Positions 49,327-60,990 of a stretch of 64,000 nucleotides of DNA are shown piece by piece. Source of the stretch: Paramoeba atlantica (Eukaryota > Protista > Discosea); contig CDRNVI010000141.1 in the NCBI GenBank assembly GCA_977017575.1, positions 1-64,000 on the forward strand, given 5' to 3'. A model generated the notes under the pieces. It saw only the letters and a program-made list of their open reading frames with translations. It searched no databases and was not told the DNA's origin. Position 1 is the first letter of the stretch. Every line of letters starts with the position of its first letter. Made by a program: the position numbers and the translations under genes.

Positions 49327-49724
49327 TGTTGGAGTGAAACCTACCTCCAACACATTAGTGGTGCTTTCCAGAGCTTTTAGAGCTTTCCTGAGCTTCTCTG
49401 AGCTTCCCTGAGTTTCTTTGAGCCTTCCCAGAGCTTCTCTGGATGCCTTTGTGTCATGGGTTTTGGCCTTCCTGATGAGCCAGGAGCTTCACAGATAGCC
49501 TGTGCACCAGTTTGGTGTTTTAGCCAAAATCACAAGTTTTTTAGTGCTCTTTTTATTTGCTTTCATGTTTTGTTTTCACACTGTTTTCTCTGATTTCATT
49601 TTGGCTTGGTCTTGTGTGTTGGTTGGGGTCATTCCTATAAAGGTTTTGGTCCAGAGTTTAGTTTCTTTCCTTTTTCTCTCCTTTTTCCTGTGTCTTCATC
49701 GTGAGTGTGGTTCCCCCCACAACA
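49327..49724 (+). mobile_element. LTR-like repeat related to family G (398 bp)
   Basis: TGTTG...CAACA ends; shares the 5' hairpin and GAGCTTCCCT repeats with 23104. No PPT, PBS or TSD seen. Confidence 0.6.
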
Positions 49725-50299
49725 GTCCAAAGAGTGTAAAGTCTTTTGTGGTGCAAATATATGTGTGGTTCGCTTCTGCTCAAATTCAGAGAAGAAGTGC
49801 TCTCATCGAAGCATGTACTTGTGTGTGGTGATAGATCTAAAAGCTTGTGGCAATATTTCGAAAGTGCCCAAAGAGAATTTTTCTTCAGAAGAGGAAGTCA
49901 CTCAAAAGAGAGTTGATGAGGTTGAGAGAGAGACAAAGGTTATGACTCAGCTTGTTACCAAGATTATGAACATGATTTTGTTTGTGGTCATGACCATTAT
50001 TATGACTGTGGGGTGACGGATATAAAGATCATTAGAGTGATCAGAATTATCATGGGGAATGGACTGAAATTATGACTTTGGTAATGTTTAATGATTGTGG
50101 GAGAGACCAGGGTGTAAAGGAATGGAGATTGGGATAGGAATAGCACCTGGGGTTCCAGGTGTTTCAAAGTTTGGGTTGTGAGGGGATGTGTTTGGAAAGG
50201 ACGAAGAGAGTGGCAATGATGAAAAGGGGGTGTTGAAAGTGATACAATGATGATGTTTGAGGAGTCTATTTTGATTTGTATGGACACTCTGATGTAGTT

Positions 50300-51400
50300 G
50301 ATAACATGTTAGAATGAGCTTTGGCGAACCTGGGTATTTGGGGATAAAACCAAAATCGTTTTGTTTATTCTCCCCAGAGGAAAAGAAATACATTTTTAAT
50401 GGTAATCAGGATGTTTTCTTCTTTTCTTTTGATGTATCAAATCTCTTCTCACTCATTTGTTATTCTAGACCTAATGAGTTTAGTAACACCAACAATCTAT
50501 CAATGGGTGAAGAGAAATGGCAAATGACAAAGCACATTGGCTTGTATTTGGCTCAACCTTTTCTCTGGTCATATCACTACAAGCCCCTCTGGGGATTCAA
50601 GATTCAGTCATGAGAAGGATAACAACGCTTTTTTATTGGAACTATGCAAGAGGGACCATGAGGAGGTTGACTTTTGTTCAGTATTTTACATTGATGATTT
50701 TGTCTATACAGCTATCAATGAGGAAGAGTTTATTGTGGGGATAGCAAAGTGTTGCATTTTTGAGAGATGATTGGATCTATTTCGTACATTGGGTTAACAA
50801 CAGGATTGTGTTTCTCTTTTTTGAGGAGATGTTATTGTGGTTTGCTGTCAAGAAGTTAGAGGTCACTACAGAAGTTATTTTTTCTGATCTGGTTTCTGTT
50901 TTGATACATTCCTGTATTCCCTGGAGTCCTCACTGGAATATTCAATGCTTTTCAGAGGTTCTAACAATATTAAGAGGTTTATTTATTTTTACTGATTCTC
51001 AAAATTTGTTTGGCAGATATGGTATATTGTATGGTGAAGTCATCGAATTTTCCTGAGAAACTCTGTCATCGCAGAGATATGTGGAATTGTATGTTCTTAA
51101 GAAAACAATTGGTTTTGGCTGGAATTTGTTTGGATCTGTTTTTCACTCTGCAAGCAAACTCCCCCTGTTTGGAGTAAGTGATGGTATTTGTTTTGGTATG
51201 GCTGATTTTTCTTGCAGAGCTGGCTCTTAAGAAGTTTGGGGACACAGTGCTTTCTAAAAGCACAACAGAAGGATTCTGGCCCAATTCAGCGCATATGGAA
51301 GATATATTTTTCAAGGATACACAAAAGTTTTACAGGTCACCAAAACCATGTTCACAACATAACTTGAAGTATTTTTCCACATTCTGACAATGACCAAAGG
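50300..51400 (+). pseudogene. Highly degenerate RT/RNase H (DIRS- or LTR-type)
   Basis: Across frames: FSFDVSNLF, APLGIQDS, VFYIDDFVY, LFIFTDSQ in the expected order. Confidence 0.45.
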
Positions 51401-53757
51401 CTGTTGATCATCTCTGGCATCCCTGACCCCTTCAGATCAATGAACTTTGGCAGGCAAAGTGGATTTCAACTTTCCAGTTCTGACCACAAGAGCCTCATCA
51501 GGATATTTGGATAGATGTTTATGACTGATGTTGATATCTATGTGGCAGAATGTGAGGGTTAGTACTTTCCTTAAGATTTAATATAATGATATTTTTTTCA
51601 ACAGTTTTGGTGTCATTTATAATGTACCATGCGATAGCAGAAAAAATATTTGGGTAAGGATTGGATTCTCTTGTGGACTGATTGACCCTTAAATGAAGAG
51701 TTGGGATCTTTTATTGGCATACTTGGCATGATTTAAGTCAACTGGATCTCAGTTTATGAATGATTGGAATTATCCAAATGAAGTTTTACAAGCTCTTGAA
51801 CTTGGAAGGAATGAAACTCAATGAATTATTCATAAGTGGTGTTGAATTCCCTGAGGAAACCATCTCCAGGCACAAGGGCTTCATCCAGCAGCTCTCCGAA
51901 AGAGATCAAAGATGGTGTGTGGCTCCCCACCTTTGAGCATCTACCTTTTCTTTGTGTGGCTTTTGTTCCTTCTTGCTTCCTTCTTTGTCCCTTTCCTTCC
52001 CCTTTTTGTCTTGCTTTGGATCTCTCTTTGTTCTCTCCTCCATCTCTTGTGCTGGTTTGGATTTCTTCCTTCCTTGTCTCTTTGTTTCTATTTTCTTCCC
52101 ATTCTTTTTGTCTGTTTTGGATTTTTGGATTTTGTTTTTGGATTTTGTTTTTGGATTTGAGTATGGTTTTTTGTTGTTTGGCTGTGTTGTTTTGTTGACT
52201 GTCTCTTTTTGGAATAAACACTCAGGGGTGTTACTTGAGTACTTTCAAGCACATAAAAAAACAAAAAGAGAGGAGGTGGAGATGTGACAGAGACCAAGAA
52301 GTTTTATTTAGAAAGACAGTAGAAAAGTTGAACAATCAGAAAAAACCAACAAATAAAAGATATTTGCAATGTCAGCTCCTTGAAACCAAACATTCTCTCT
52401 TTTAATTTTCTTTATTTTTTTGTCTTTTTTTTTTGTCTTTTTTTTTTGTCTTTTTATTTGTCTTTTTTTCTTTGTCTTTTTTTCTTTGTCTTTTTTTCTT
52501 TGTCTTTTTTCTCTTTTTTTTCCCAATGACAAATCCTTGAATTAGAAAGAGAAAAAGAAAAGAGTGAAATAAAAAGAGAAGTAAAAGAGAAAAAAGAAAA
52601 AAAGAGAAAAAAAGAAAAATAAAAAATAAAAGAAAGAGAGAAAAAATAGAAAAAAAGGGGAAAAAAAAGCAAAAAAAAAGTGAAAAAGAAAAAAAAGAGA
52701 AATAAAAGAGAAATAAAAGAGAAAAGAGAAAAGAGAAAAAAAAGAGAAAAAAAAGGGGGAAAAAAAAAGAGAAAAGAGAAAAAGGGAAAAAAAGAAAAAA
52801 AGAGGGAAAAATAAAAAAGAAAAATAAAAGAGAAAAATAAAAAGAAATAAAGAGAAAAAGAGAAAAAAGAGAAAAAAAGAAAAAAAAGAGAGAAAAAGAG
52901 AAATAAAAGAGAAATAGAAATGAAAATAGAAAGAGAGAAAAAGAGAGAAAAGAAAGAAAAAAAAAGAAAAAAAAAGAAAAAAAAGAAATGAAAAAAGAAT
53001 TGAAAAAATGTATGTATTGATTGTCTCCCCACCACATCTCTTTGTTTCTCTTTGTTTCTCTTTTTTTTTTTCTTTATTTCTCTTTTATTTCTTTATTTCT
53101 CTTTCTTTTCTTTTTCTCTTTTTCTCTTCTTTTTTTCTCTTTTTATTTCTCTTTTCTCTTTTCTCTTTTTATTTCTCTTTTCTCTTTTCTCTTTCTCTTT
53201 CTCATTCTTTTCTTTTTTTTTCTTTCTTTTGTTCTCTTTTGGTTTTTTTTTTCAGTTTTTCTTCCCATTCAAGAACCATAAATCTCCCTCTTTATTTTTT
53301 TTCTCCTTTCTCCTTTCTCCTTTTTCTTTTTTTTTTCTTTTTCTTTTCTCTTTTTTTCTTTCTTTTCATATCATTTCCCCCTCTCTTCACCTTTTTCTAT
53401 TTTCCCCCCTTTTTCTTCCTTTGTTTTTCCTCTCATTCTTTCTTTTCTTTCTTTTCTTTTTCTGAATGTTTCAGGTTTTTGGATCCAACAGTCAGCCTTT
53501 TTTCCTCCTCTAACTCTTTCTTCTCATCTTTGGATGGATTTTCTCTGATGAGAATTTTGTTTTGATGAAAGGGTTCTTTTCATACTCTCTAGGATATTGA
53601 ATTGCCAAAATAGAACACCTATAAAGTCAATACAACCATCACCATCTATACATGTGATGAGATACTTCTGAAAGGACAAAGAATGTGGAGGAGAGAAAAG
53701 CTTTTATTCTTTTTTTTTTGTCTCTCAAAAAGAGGAAAGAGAATAGCTATTTAGCCA

Positions 53758-55200
53758 ATGTTTGAAAAAAGGCAGTTTATCGTCGAGGGTGTTTTTGATG
53801 TCAAGACCCAGGATTTTTGAGGTCAAGGGCCGCTTGTAGCATGAGACCACAGAATCCTGGTCGAGACTGATCAGAAACACTCAAGACATGATAAACCTTT
53901 TCAAACATTGGCTACAACGTTTTATTGAATTTTGAGGCTGGGAAAAATGAGAGCAATAAATATGGTGTATTTCGATTGGTTTGAGTTTGTTTTGGGACGA
54001 TTGTGTGACAACAATTGAAAGAAAAAGCCCTGTGGGCATTTTTTCATTTTCTTGCGAGAGATGAACCCTGCACGAAGAGTGGAAAACCCACTGATTGTGT
54101 CCCTCCAAGCAAAGAAATGGAACCACTTTGAATTTGACTCCACACACCATTCTGTTCGGATGGTGTTGAATGGCCCACATGTGACTCGAAAGGCATTCCT
54201 GACTGTTGCAAGTCGTTTCGAGGATTTCTTGACACGTTTTTATAAAAAAAACGAGGAAAAACACCAAGATTATGTGATAAATGAGGCATTGTTGGTCGAG
54301 TTTTACCAAAAATATTTGTTTGTCCTTTCTCATCGAAATGGCGACTGTGTTTACAGATTGTCCTCATTCTTTCCAGTGATTTCACTCGTGAAACGCTATG
54401 TTTTGTGTAAATATGCAATTGATTTCGGTGAGACTCGGCAGTTAAATTGAATCCTAAAGGGAGAAACAGCTGGTTATCAGCCAAATAAGAAGAATGTTTT
54501 TACCTTGGAGGAGATAAAACAATATTTGTCTTGAGGGATAATGAATGGGGAAGATCTACAAGACTCTCTGTTGGCTCTTTTTGCTTTCTTTGGATTAGCC
54601 AGAAGTGTTGAAGTTATTAACATTTCTCGTGATGAAGTGAAGTTAAAGAAAAATGGGAGTGTATGCTTCACCATGGAACGGTGCACAAAATCGAAATCTT
54701 TGAGGAAAACCAAAGTGGTCATCCCTGTGCTTGATGGGTTTATTCCTTCTGAAGCGTTGGAGGATCACCTGGAGAACCTCCCCCCTGGTACTTGCCTTTG
54801 GTGAAAGTGGAACAAGAACTGAGAGAACTTTGCAGCTCAGCACTTAGGAAAAAACTATCTTGCGAAATTGGCAAAGAAAATAGCATGTTTTCTCGAGAAG
54901 CCTGAAGAAAATTATGCATCACACAGTTTTCGTCGGTTGGGAGCCACTGCCATGGTGGAAGGAGGAGGCACCACAGACCAATTGATGGTGTCTGGTGGGT
55001 GGACAAGCGAGCGGGTTGCTCATGGATATTATGAAGATTCTGAACAAGCCGCAGGTGAACGTGCCAACCGGATCGTTGAATCCGAGCAAGCTGAAACTGC
55101 ACAACCACCAACAGAAACCCCTCCTGTGACAGTAACTATGACGTTCCAGCCAAATGGTGGACAACGAGTTCAAGCCACCTTGGGTGAAAATTGAAAGTAA
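53758..55200 (+). pseudogene. Tyrosine recombinase (Crypton-type), single frame with 8 internal TGA
   Basis: GYQPNKKNVFTLEEI, FGLARSVE (R), TK (K), HSFRR (H-x-x-R), GGWTS (W), GYY (Y). Frame 1 from ATG 53758 to TGA 55192 / TAA 55198 without frameshift. Confidence 0.9.
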
Positions 55201-56167
55201 TTTTGTGATGATTTTTGAATTTTTTTTTCATATAAATGATTTTTGGATTCAATTATGTTCTTTTTTATTGATTTTTTCAATTATCTTGTTGGAATGAATT
55301 TTTTTTCAATTATCTTTGTTTATTTGAAGGGAACAACACTCCTTAAATGGTGCTTTTCTCTCATTGTTCTCATTTTTCCAGTCTCAAAATTCAATAAAAG
55401 AAAGAAAAAGAAAAGGAAAGAGGGAAGAGAAAGAAAGGGGAAAAAAAAGAAAAAAAAAGAAAAAAAAAAAAAGAAAAAGAAAGAAAAAGAAAGAAAAAGA
55501 AAAAGAGAAGGAAAAAGAGAAAAAGAAAGAGAAAGAAAAAGAGAAAGAAAAGAGAGAAGAGAAGAGAGAAAGAAAAGAGAGAAAGAAAGAAAAGAGAGAA
55601 GAGAAGAAGAGAAAACTTTTTCTGAGGACAACCAGCAAAAGAGAAGACCAAAAATACATTAATGGGGAATGCACACAACCACCTCTTTCTCATCTGTCCC
55701 CTCTTCCTTCCTCCCTCCCTCCCCCCTTCTCCTAACCACTTCCTGAATGCATGGGCCATTTCTCTCTCTCTTCTCTCTCTTTTCTTCTCTCTCTTCTCTC
55801 CTCTCTTTCTCTCTCTTCTCTCTTCTCTCTCTTCTCTCTCTCCTCTTTCTCATTCCTCTTCTCTCCAAACACAAAACAAAAAAAAAATTGGGTTTCACTG
55901 AAAAAAAAAACCCACCCAGAATCAAACCCGGTGGGTTCTCTTTTTTTTTTGTTGTTCTTTTTTCAGTGTGTGTTGGTTGTTCTTTCAGTGATTTCTTTTT
56001 TGTTTGTTTGTGTGATTGGTGTTCCTTCTCGCCACATCCCCCTCTCATTCCCTCATGAACAACAACAAACACAATCAACCACCCCACCCCTCAGGCAGGT
56101 TTTGTTTTTAATTTAAAACATTTCTTTTTTCTGGATAACTTGAAACAGAAAAAACAACAACAACACA

Positions 56168-57127
56168 ATGATGAGAGTTCAGTTGATGTCGATTGTCGAA
56201 GGAGAAGGAGAGTGGGAAGTTCGAAACACTGAGAATGGAGAAGTGTGTTCAATTCAAGCTCAAGATTTTCAAAGTCTGCAAAGGAAGATCCAGGATGTGT
56301 ACGGAACTTCAACTGCGGTTCGAGTGTTCTATCTCAATGATGAGTGTGATGTTGTCTTTGTGAAATGTGATCGAGACTTGGAAGACACTTTGTTTGTCCT
56401 CCCAAAAAAGAACAAGACAACAAGAGTGGTGGAGAGTCAAGTCAAAGAAGAAATCAAAAATGAGATCCAAGAGGTCGAAAATCGAGTGAATGATGATGAA
56501 GAGAAAGTGGGGGATGAGATTTCTGAGAACCCTCAGAAAAGACTCAAGGAACAACAGAAGAGAGAGGAGAAGATTGAAATGCTCAGTAAACGTGATGAGA
56601 AACTGGCAGATCAGATCGATGTTCTTGAAGAAAAGATTGTGGCTCTCCAACAAAGAAAGGAACAGTTGACTGAAAACAAAACTCAAGTTCGAGAGAATCT
56701 TGTTGATTTGAAAAGTCAAGAGGATGACATTGTTGACAACAAACAAGAGAAAGAGGGGATTGAAGAAATCCAATTGTCTGAGGAAGAAGAGGAAGAGGAG
56801 GAAGAGAGAGATTATGGTAAACCAAGATCATTTGGGCAATCAAGAAAGCTTGAAAACCAATGACGAAACATCGAAAGAAGACTTTGTAATCTTGAAGTGA
56901 AAGAAAAGAAGTCAAAAAAGATGATGGAAACAGAAATTATTCTCAAGAAGCATTTGGAAGAAATCACAGAGAGGTTGGTGACTGAACCAAAAGAAGAAGA
57001 AGAGAAAGACAAAATGTTTATGAATAAGAGAAAAGGAAAAGATGGTTGTCAGAGATACTTTTCTCGCTCATATGGCTCAAAAAAGAAGTTTTTCAATTCT
57101 CCTCCAAAGGAGAGAAGACGGAAATAA
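56168..57127 (+). CDS. PB1-domain plus coiled-coil protein; 231 aa to TGA at 56861, same frame open to TAA at 57125
   Basis: OPCA-like motif FYLNDECDVVFVKCDRDLEDTL followed by an E/K/Q-rich heptad region. May be a recently inactivated 319-codon gene. Confidence 0.65.
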
Positions 57128-57732
57128 TAAATAACAAAATCTCATTCAATTGTTTTTATCAAGAAAAAGTTTATTTCTATTCTTTTTCTTCTTTCTTTTC
57201 TTCTTGTTCCTCTTTTTATTCACTCTCCTCTTCTTTTCTCTGTTAGTTTTTCATCTTTTCTTTTTACGAGGTAAGTTTTCATACTCTCTAGGAAAGAAAA
57301 GAGAAAAGAAAAACAAAAAAAAAACAAAGGTAAAAAAAGAACTCCAATTTTTTTGGGGTTAAAAAAATTCCCAGTTTTTTTGTTTTCTGTTTTGTTCTCT
57401 CCTCTCCTCTTTTTCTCTCTCTTTTTTCTCCCTTTCCCCCCCTTTCTCTATTTTCCTCTTGTTTTTCTTTTCTTTCTTTTTCCCTTTTCTCTTTTTCTCT
57501 CTTTCATAGGTATGCTGTCATTATTGGGTTCATATGTTATTTTTGAAAAAAGTCAAGTTGAGGTTTTGCAGTTTCTTTTTTCTTTCTTTCTTTCTTTTTC
57601 TTTCTTTTTTCTTTCTTTTTTCTTTTCCTGTTTTGTGTTTTCTTTTTTTTATATTTTTTTCTTTTTCTCTAAGTGAGGTGCTTTATCTTTTTTTTTTTTC
57701 TTTAGGGGAGATTTTTTGAGATTCTCTCTTTT

Positions 57733-57800
57733 AATTCAGCAGAAGAAAATTCAACAGAAGAAAATTCAGCAGAAGAAAATTCAGCAAAAGAAAATTCATA
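57733..57800. repeat. 15-bp tandem repeat (AAAATTCAGCAGAAG) x ~4.5
   Basis: Direct reading; the last unit runs into the site arm AAAATTCATA. Confidence 0.9.
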
Positions 57801-57846
57801 TTCTCTGTGTTCGAATTTTCAAATTAGTACCCAGAGAGAATGAAAT
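57793..57846. other. Inverted pair of recombination-site-like motifs (reverse complement of 41193-41248)
   Basis: AATTCATAT-TCTCTGT-GTTCGAATT and AATTAGTAC-CCAGAGA-GAATGAAAT. Confidence 0.55.
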
Positions 57847-59007
57847 AAAAAGATCAATTCAAGGGGTGATGGGTGGTGGGTTACTTCTCTCCTTTTGTAC
57901 CAGAGAACCAGAGGGTTAATTCAGAAAATCCAAGAGTTAGGTTTTTCCTTTGGTTCCTCACTTTCTTTCCTTTTTCTCTTTTCTAGATCACTTATAATAT
58001 ATTACAAGGAGTTTTGCCACTGTTTTTTACATTCTTGAATGAAATTCAAAAAAAAAAGACACTCCCTTCCTTCAGTGAGAGATTGAATTGTGAGTTTTTT
58101 GGACTGTTTTTCTTGCTTATGTTTGTTGGGAGGTATGTGACATATTCTTTTTTCTTAAAAAGGTTTTGTTTTCATTATTTTTTTTTTATGTTTGGTTTTT
58201 ATTTGTGTTTTGTATTGTTTTTTATTTTTTTATTTTTTCTTTTGTTGGTTGGTTGGGATGAGTTTGTTGTTTGTTTGTTAGGAGAATTAATTAAAAACTG
58301 AGAGAATTCTGGGTTGTTTTTATGGATTGTTGTTTCTTTCTTTATTATAGGTTTTTTTGGTTGTTGGTTGTTTGGTTTGGTGTGTAAAGAACATATTATT
58401 TAAAACTGTTTAGAACGATTTCACTCCTGAAGTGTTTGTTGGAAAAGAGTTTGTTTGGAGTATTGCTGTGGTGCTGTTGTTTTGTTTGATTCTTGTGTCT
58501 ATTAATTATTGTAGTTATTGTTGGGGATGTTATTATTGTAGTTGTTGTTATTGATTATTGATTATTATTCTTGTTATTTATTGTTGTTATGATTATATCA
58601 GTTGGTCTGCTCTTAGAGATATTATTTTTTATTTTTGTTTCCATTTTCTTTTTCTTTTTTTCTTTTTCTTTTTTTATGTGGTGTCTTGTTTTTTTTTTGT
58701 TGTGAAACTTTCTTAAATGAAGCAGGCCTTTTTTTATGCCTGGAAAGCATTGTTAGACTCAACCAAGCTTCAGAGTTCAAATGAAAAGGTCTCTTGCATG
58801 AAAACAACATCTCAAGGGAAAAAAATGAGAGGAATTGGTGCAATTGTTAAATTGTTGGAAATTGAGAAATACCTTTAATCATTTGGTTGTGTTGAGCTTG
58901 GGGCAAGAAAATTCCTTATTATCAAAGGGTGGTAAAGAACCAGGAAAGGGGGCTAACATAAGACTTATTGGGTTCTTTGGGAGAAAGTTTCTTGGCTTTG
59001 TCCTTCT

Positions 59008-60990
59008 TGGGTTGTCACCTGAAGTGTTTTGAAAGAATGTTTGTTTGTTTGGGATTTGAACCTGAGGGGTTGTCTTCATAAAACCATCTTGAGTCTTCTT
59101 GTGATTGATCTGTTTGAGGCTTGAAAGTAGTACAACTCAACTTTTTTTGGTTTTCACTGGTTGAAATTCTGTTTTTTTTTGGCTTTCTTGAAATGTATTC
59201 ACTTTCAGCATCAATGATTCAGCAGTATCAGGAGAGAACAAGACTGGGGGAGCAGATGCAACCACTAAATGGTTACAAGAGGGAGAAAAGGGGGGTGGAG
59301 CAGAACAAGAAGCTACTTAGGGATCTTGAGAGTGGAAGTGACAGTAGCAAATTAGAGAAAGATGAGGGTTTGGGTGAAGGGGCAAGATCTCCAAATTTTC
59401 CTTCTGTGGATCAAATGCTTGAGAGTTGGTTGTTGAAAAGAGATGGAATTAAGCATCAGTTAGATGAATTAACAAATTTAATCCTAACTGATGAGGCTTT
59501 CACTGAGGAGTTTGACAAACTTGAGAGGAATTTGAAATGATTAAAGTTGAGTATTTCAAGGCATGTGAGGAGCAGCAGAACTTTGGGGAGCAAGAACAGA
59601 AGAAGGTCAGGGGCTACCAAATTAAAAGAGGAGGGCAACTACATCAAACCAAGGAGGAAAGATTTTGTAACTCATTATGGGAGAGATTTGCAACCCCTTC
59701 CAAGTGAGAATACTGTACCAAACCATCAGTGGGATTGATTGGTAACAGATGTGAGGTTTCTTCATCCAAGTCCAGAGGATTCAACAAGGGTTGGTGGAAC
59801 TTGTGGTTCAAATTAACAGAGTTCATTGGCTGGTGCTGAAGTTAAAAGTGCTGAAAGGTCAATGACAATTGATGATTTAAATTCACAGGTTTGAAGAATA
59901 ACTTTGGATGAGTCTACAAGAGGGACAGAGTTAAAAACACTGAAAAAAGTGGACAACATGCCAAAGTTGAACATAAAATGGGATCTAAAAGCCTGTGATG
60001 TGTTGGTGTTTCTGAGAGATTTTCAAGCAGCAATGGGTAATCAAGTGCCAGATGATTCTTTATGGATGCAGTATTTGAGATCAGCAGTGGAAGGTCCAAT
60101 GAAACCACAATTGCAAAGATTAAGGAATATTTCTTATCAAGAGTTGCTTCTGTTTGTATTAGAAGGAAATACCTTGGGCTCAAGCTGGAAGAGTAAGGTT
60201 CAAAAAGAAATGCAGATGGTAAGACAGATGGAGAATGAGAAAATTATTGATTTTGCAGAGAGGTTGGTGATGTACCTTGATTACTTGAAAATAGATTTGG
60301 ATTCAGTTGAAGTGAAGATGAAGTTGAATGAACCTGTTTTAAAAGTTTATTGAATTCTGTGGAAGGAGCAATTTGGAGAAGAATTTGTTGAGAATGAATG
60401 TGTTATGTGGAATGTTGTGACAAAGTGGGTGCAGAATGCAGAAGGATGGCATTGATATTTGGTGGTGAAGGACCAACTGAAACCTTATCAGGATTGGCCA
60501 TCATCTGCTGTGTGTTTTAAATGTGGAGAAAAGGAACATATAAGAAGAGATTGTTCACAGAGAGAAGAAGAAGAAGAGGATAGTGGGAATTTCTTTGTGG
60601 TTGATGGGAAGAAGTATCTTTTTCACTGGAGATGTCAGTGTTGTGGAGGCAACTATCATGAGACAAAAGACTGTTTGGAGCTGAAGGATCATTATATCCC
60701 TGGTTGAGTGTTAAGTTGTTTATTGTTTTGTTGGTTATGAAGTGTTTCTCAGTTGAGAAAACACTTGAAGGGTATTGGGTTGTCACCTGAAGGTTTGTTT
60801 GTTTGGGATTTGAACCTGAGGGGTTGTTTTATTTTGAATGTCTTTATTTGTAAGTGTTTGTTGAATATTCTTATTCTTGAAGAAAGACATATTTTCTTTT
60901 TTAATTTTCCTTTTCATAAAAGAGCATTAAACCATCTTGAGTCTTCTTGTGATTGATTTGTTTGAGGCTTGAAAGTAGTACAACTCAACT
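59008..60990 (+). mobile_element. Gag-only element flanked by direct repeats
   Basis: Repeats at 59008-59142 and 60776-60990 (the second has a ~90-bp insert) enclose a gag-like frame; no pol seen. Confidence 0.6.
59193..60707 (+). pseudogene. gag: Retrotransposon gag-like protein with zinc knuckles
   Basis: One frame, 505 codons, 5 TGA and 1 TAA internal. QMENEKIIDFAERL gag-like block, CFKCGEKEHIRRDC (CCHC) and CQCCGGNYHETKDC. Confidence 0.8.

Larger units (their letters stand above)
53577..57293 (+). mobile_element. Crypton-like tyrosine-recombinase element with a passenger gene
   Basis: Identical 18-bp direct repeats TTTTCATACTCTCTAGGA at 53577-53594 and 57276-57293 enclose a YR ORF and a PB1 gene; no TIRs or TSD. 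Confidence 0.65.

Noticed and set aside
49470-49500. Hammerhead ribozyme (CTGATGAG) suggesting a Penelope pLTR
   Set aside because: There is no GAAA core or stem II/III, and the motif is absent from the other two G copies.
52380-53460. Large A-rich/T-rich inverted arrangement next to the recombinase unit
   Set aside because: Complementarity is limited to low-complexity (AAAGAG)/(CTCTTT) tracts common across the window; it has no defined ends.
36200-58300. Dozens of F/L/S-rich and K/E/R-rich ORFs in the ORF track
   Set aside because: They are translations of poly-pyrimidine/poly-purine introns and spacers; stop codons are rare there for compositional reasons.
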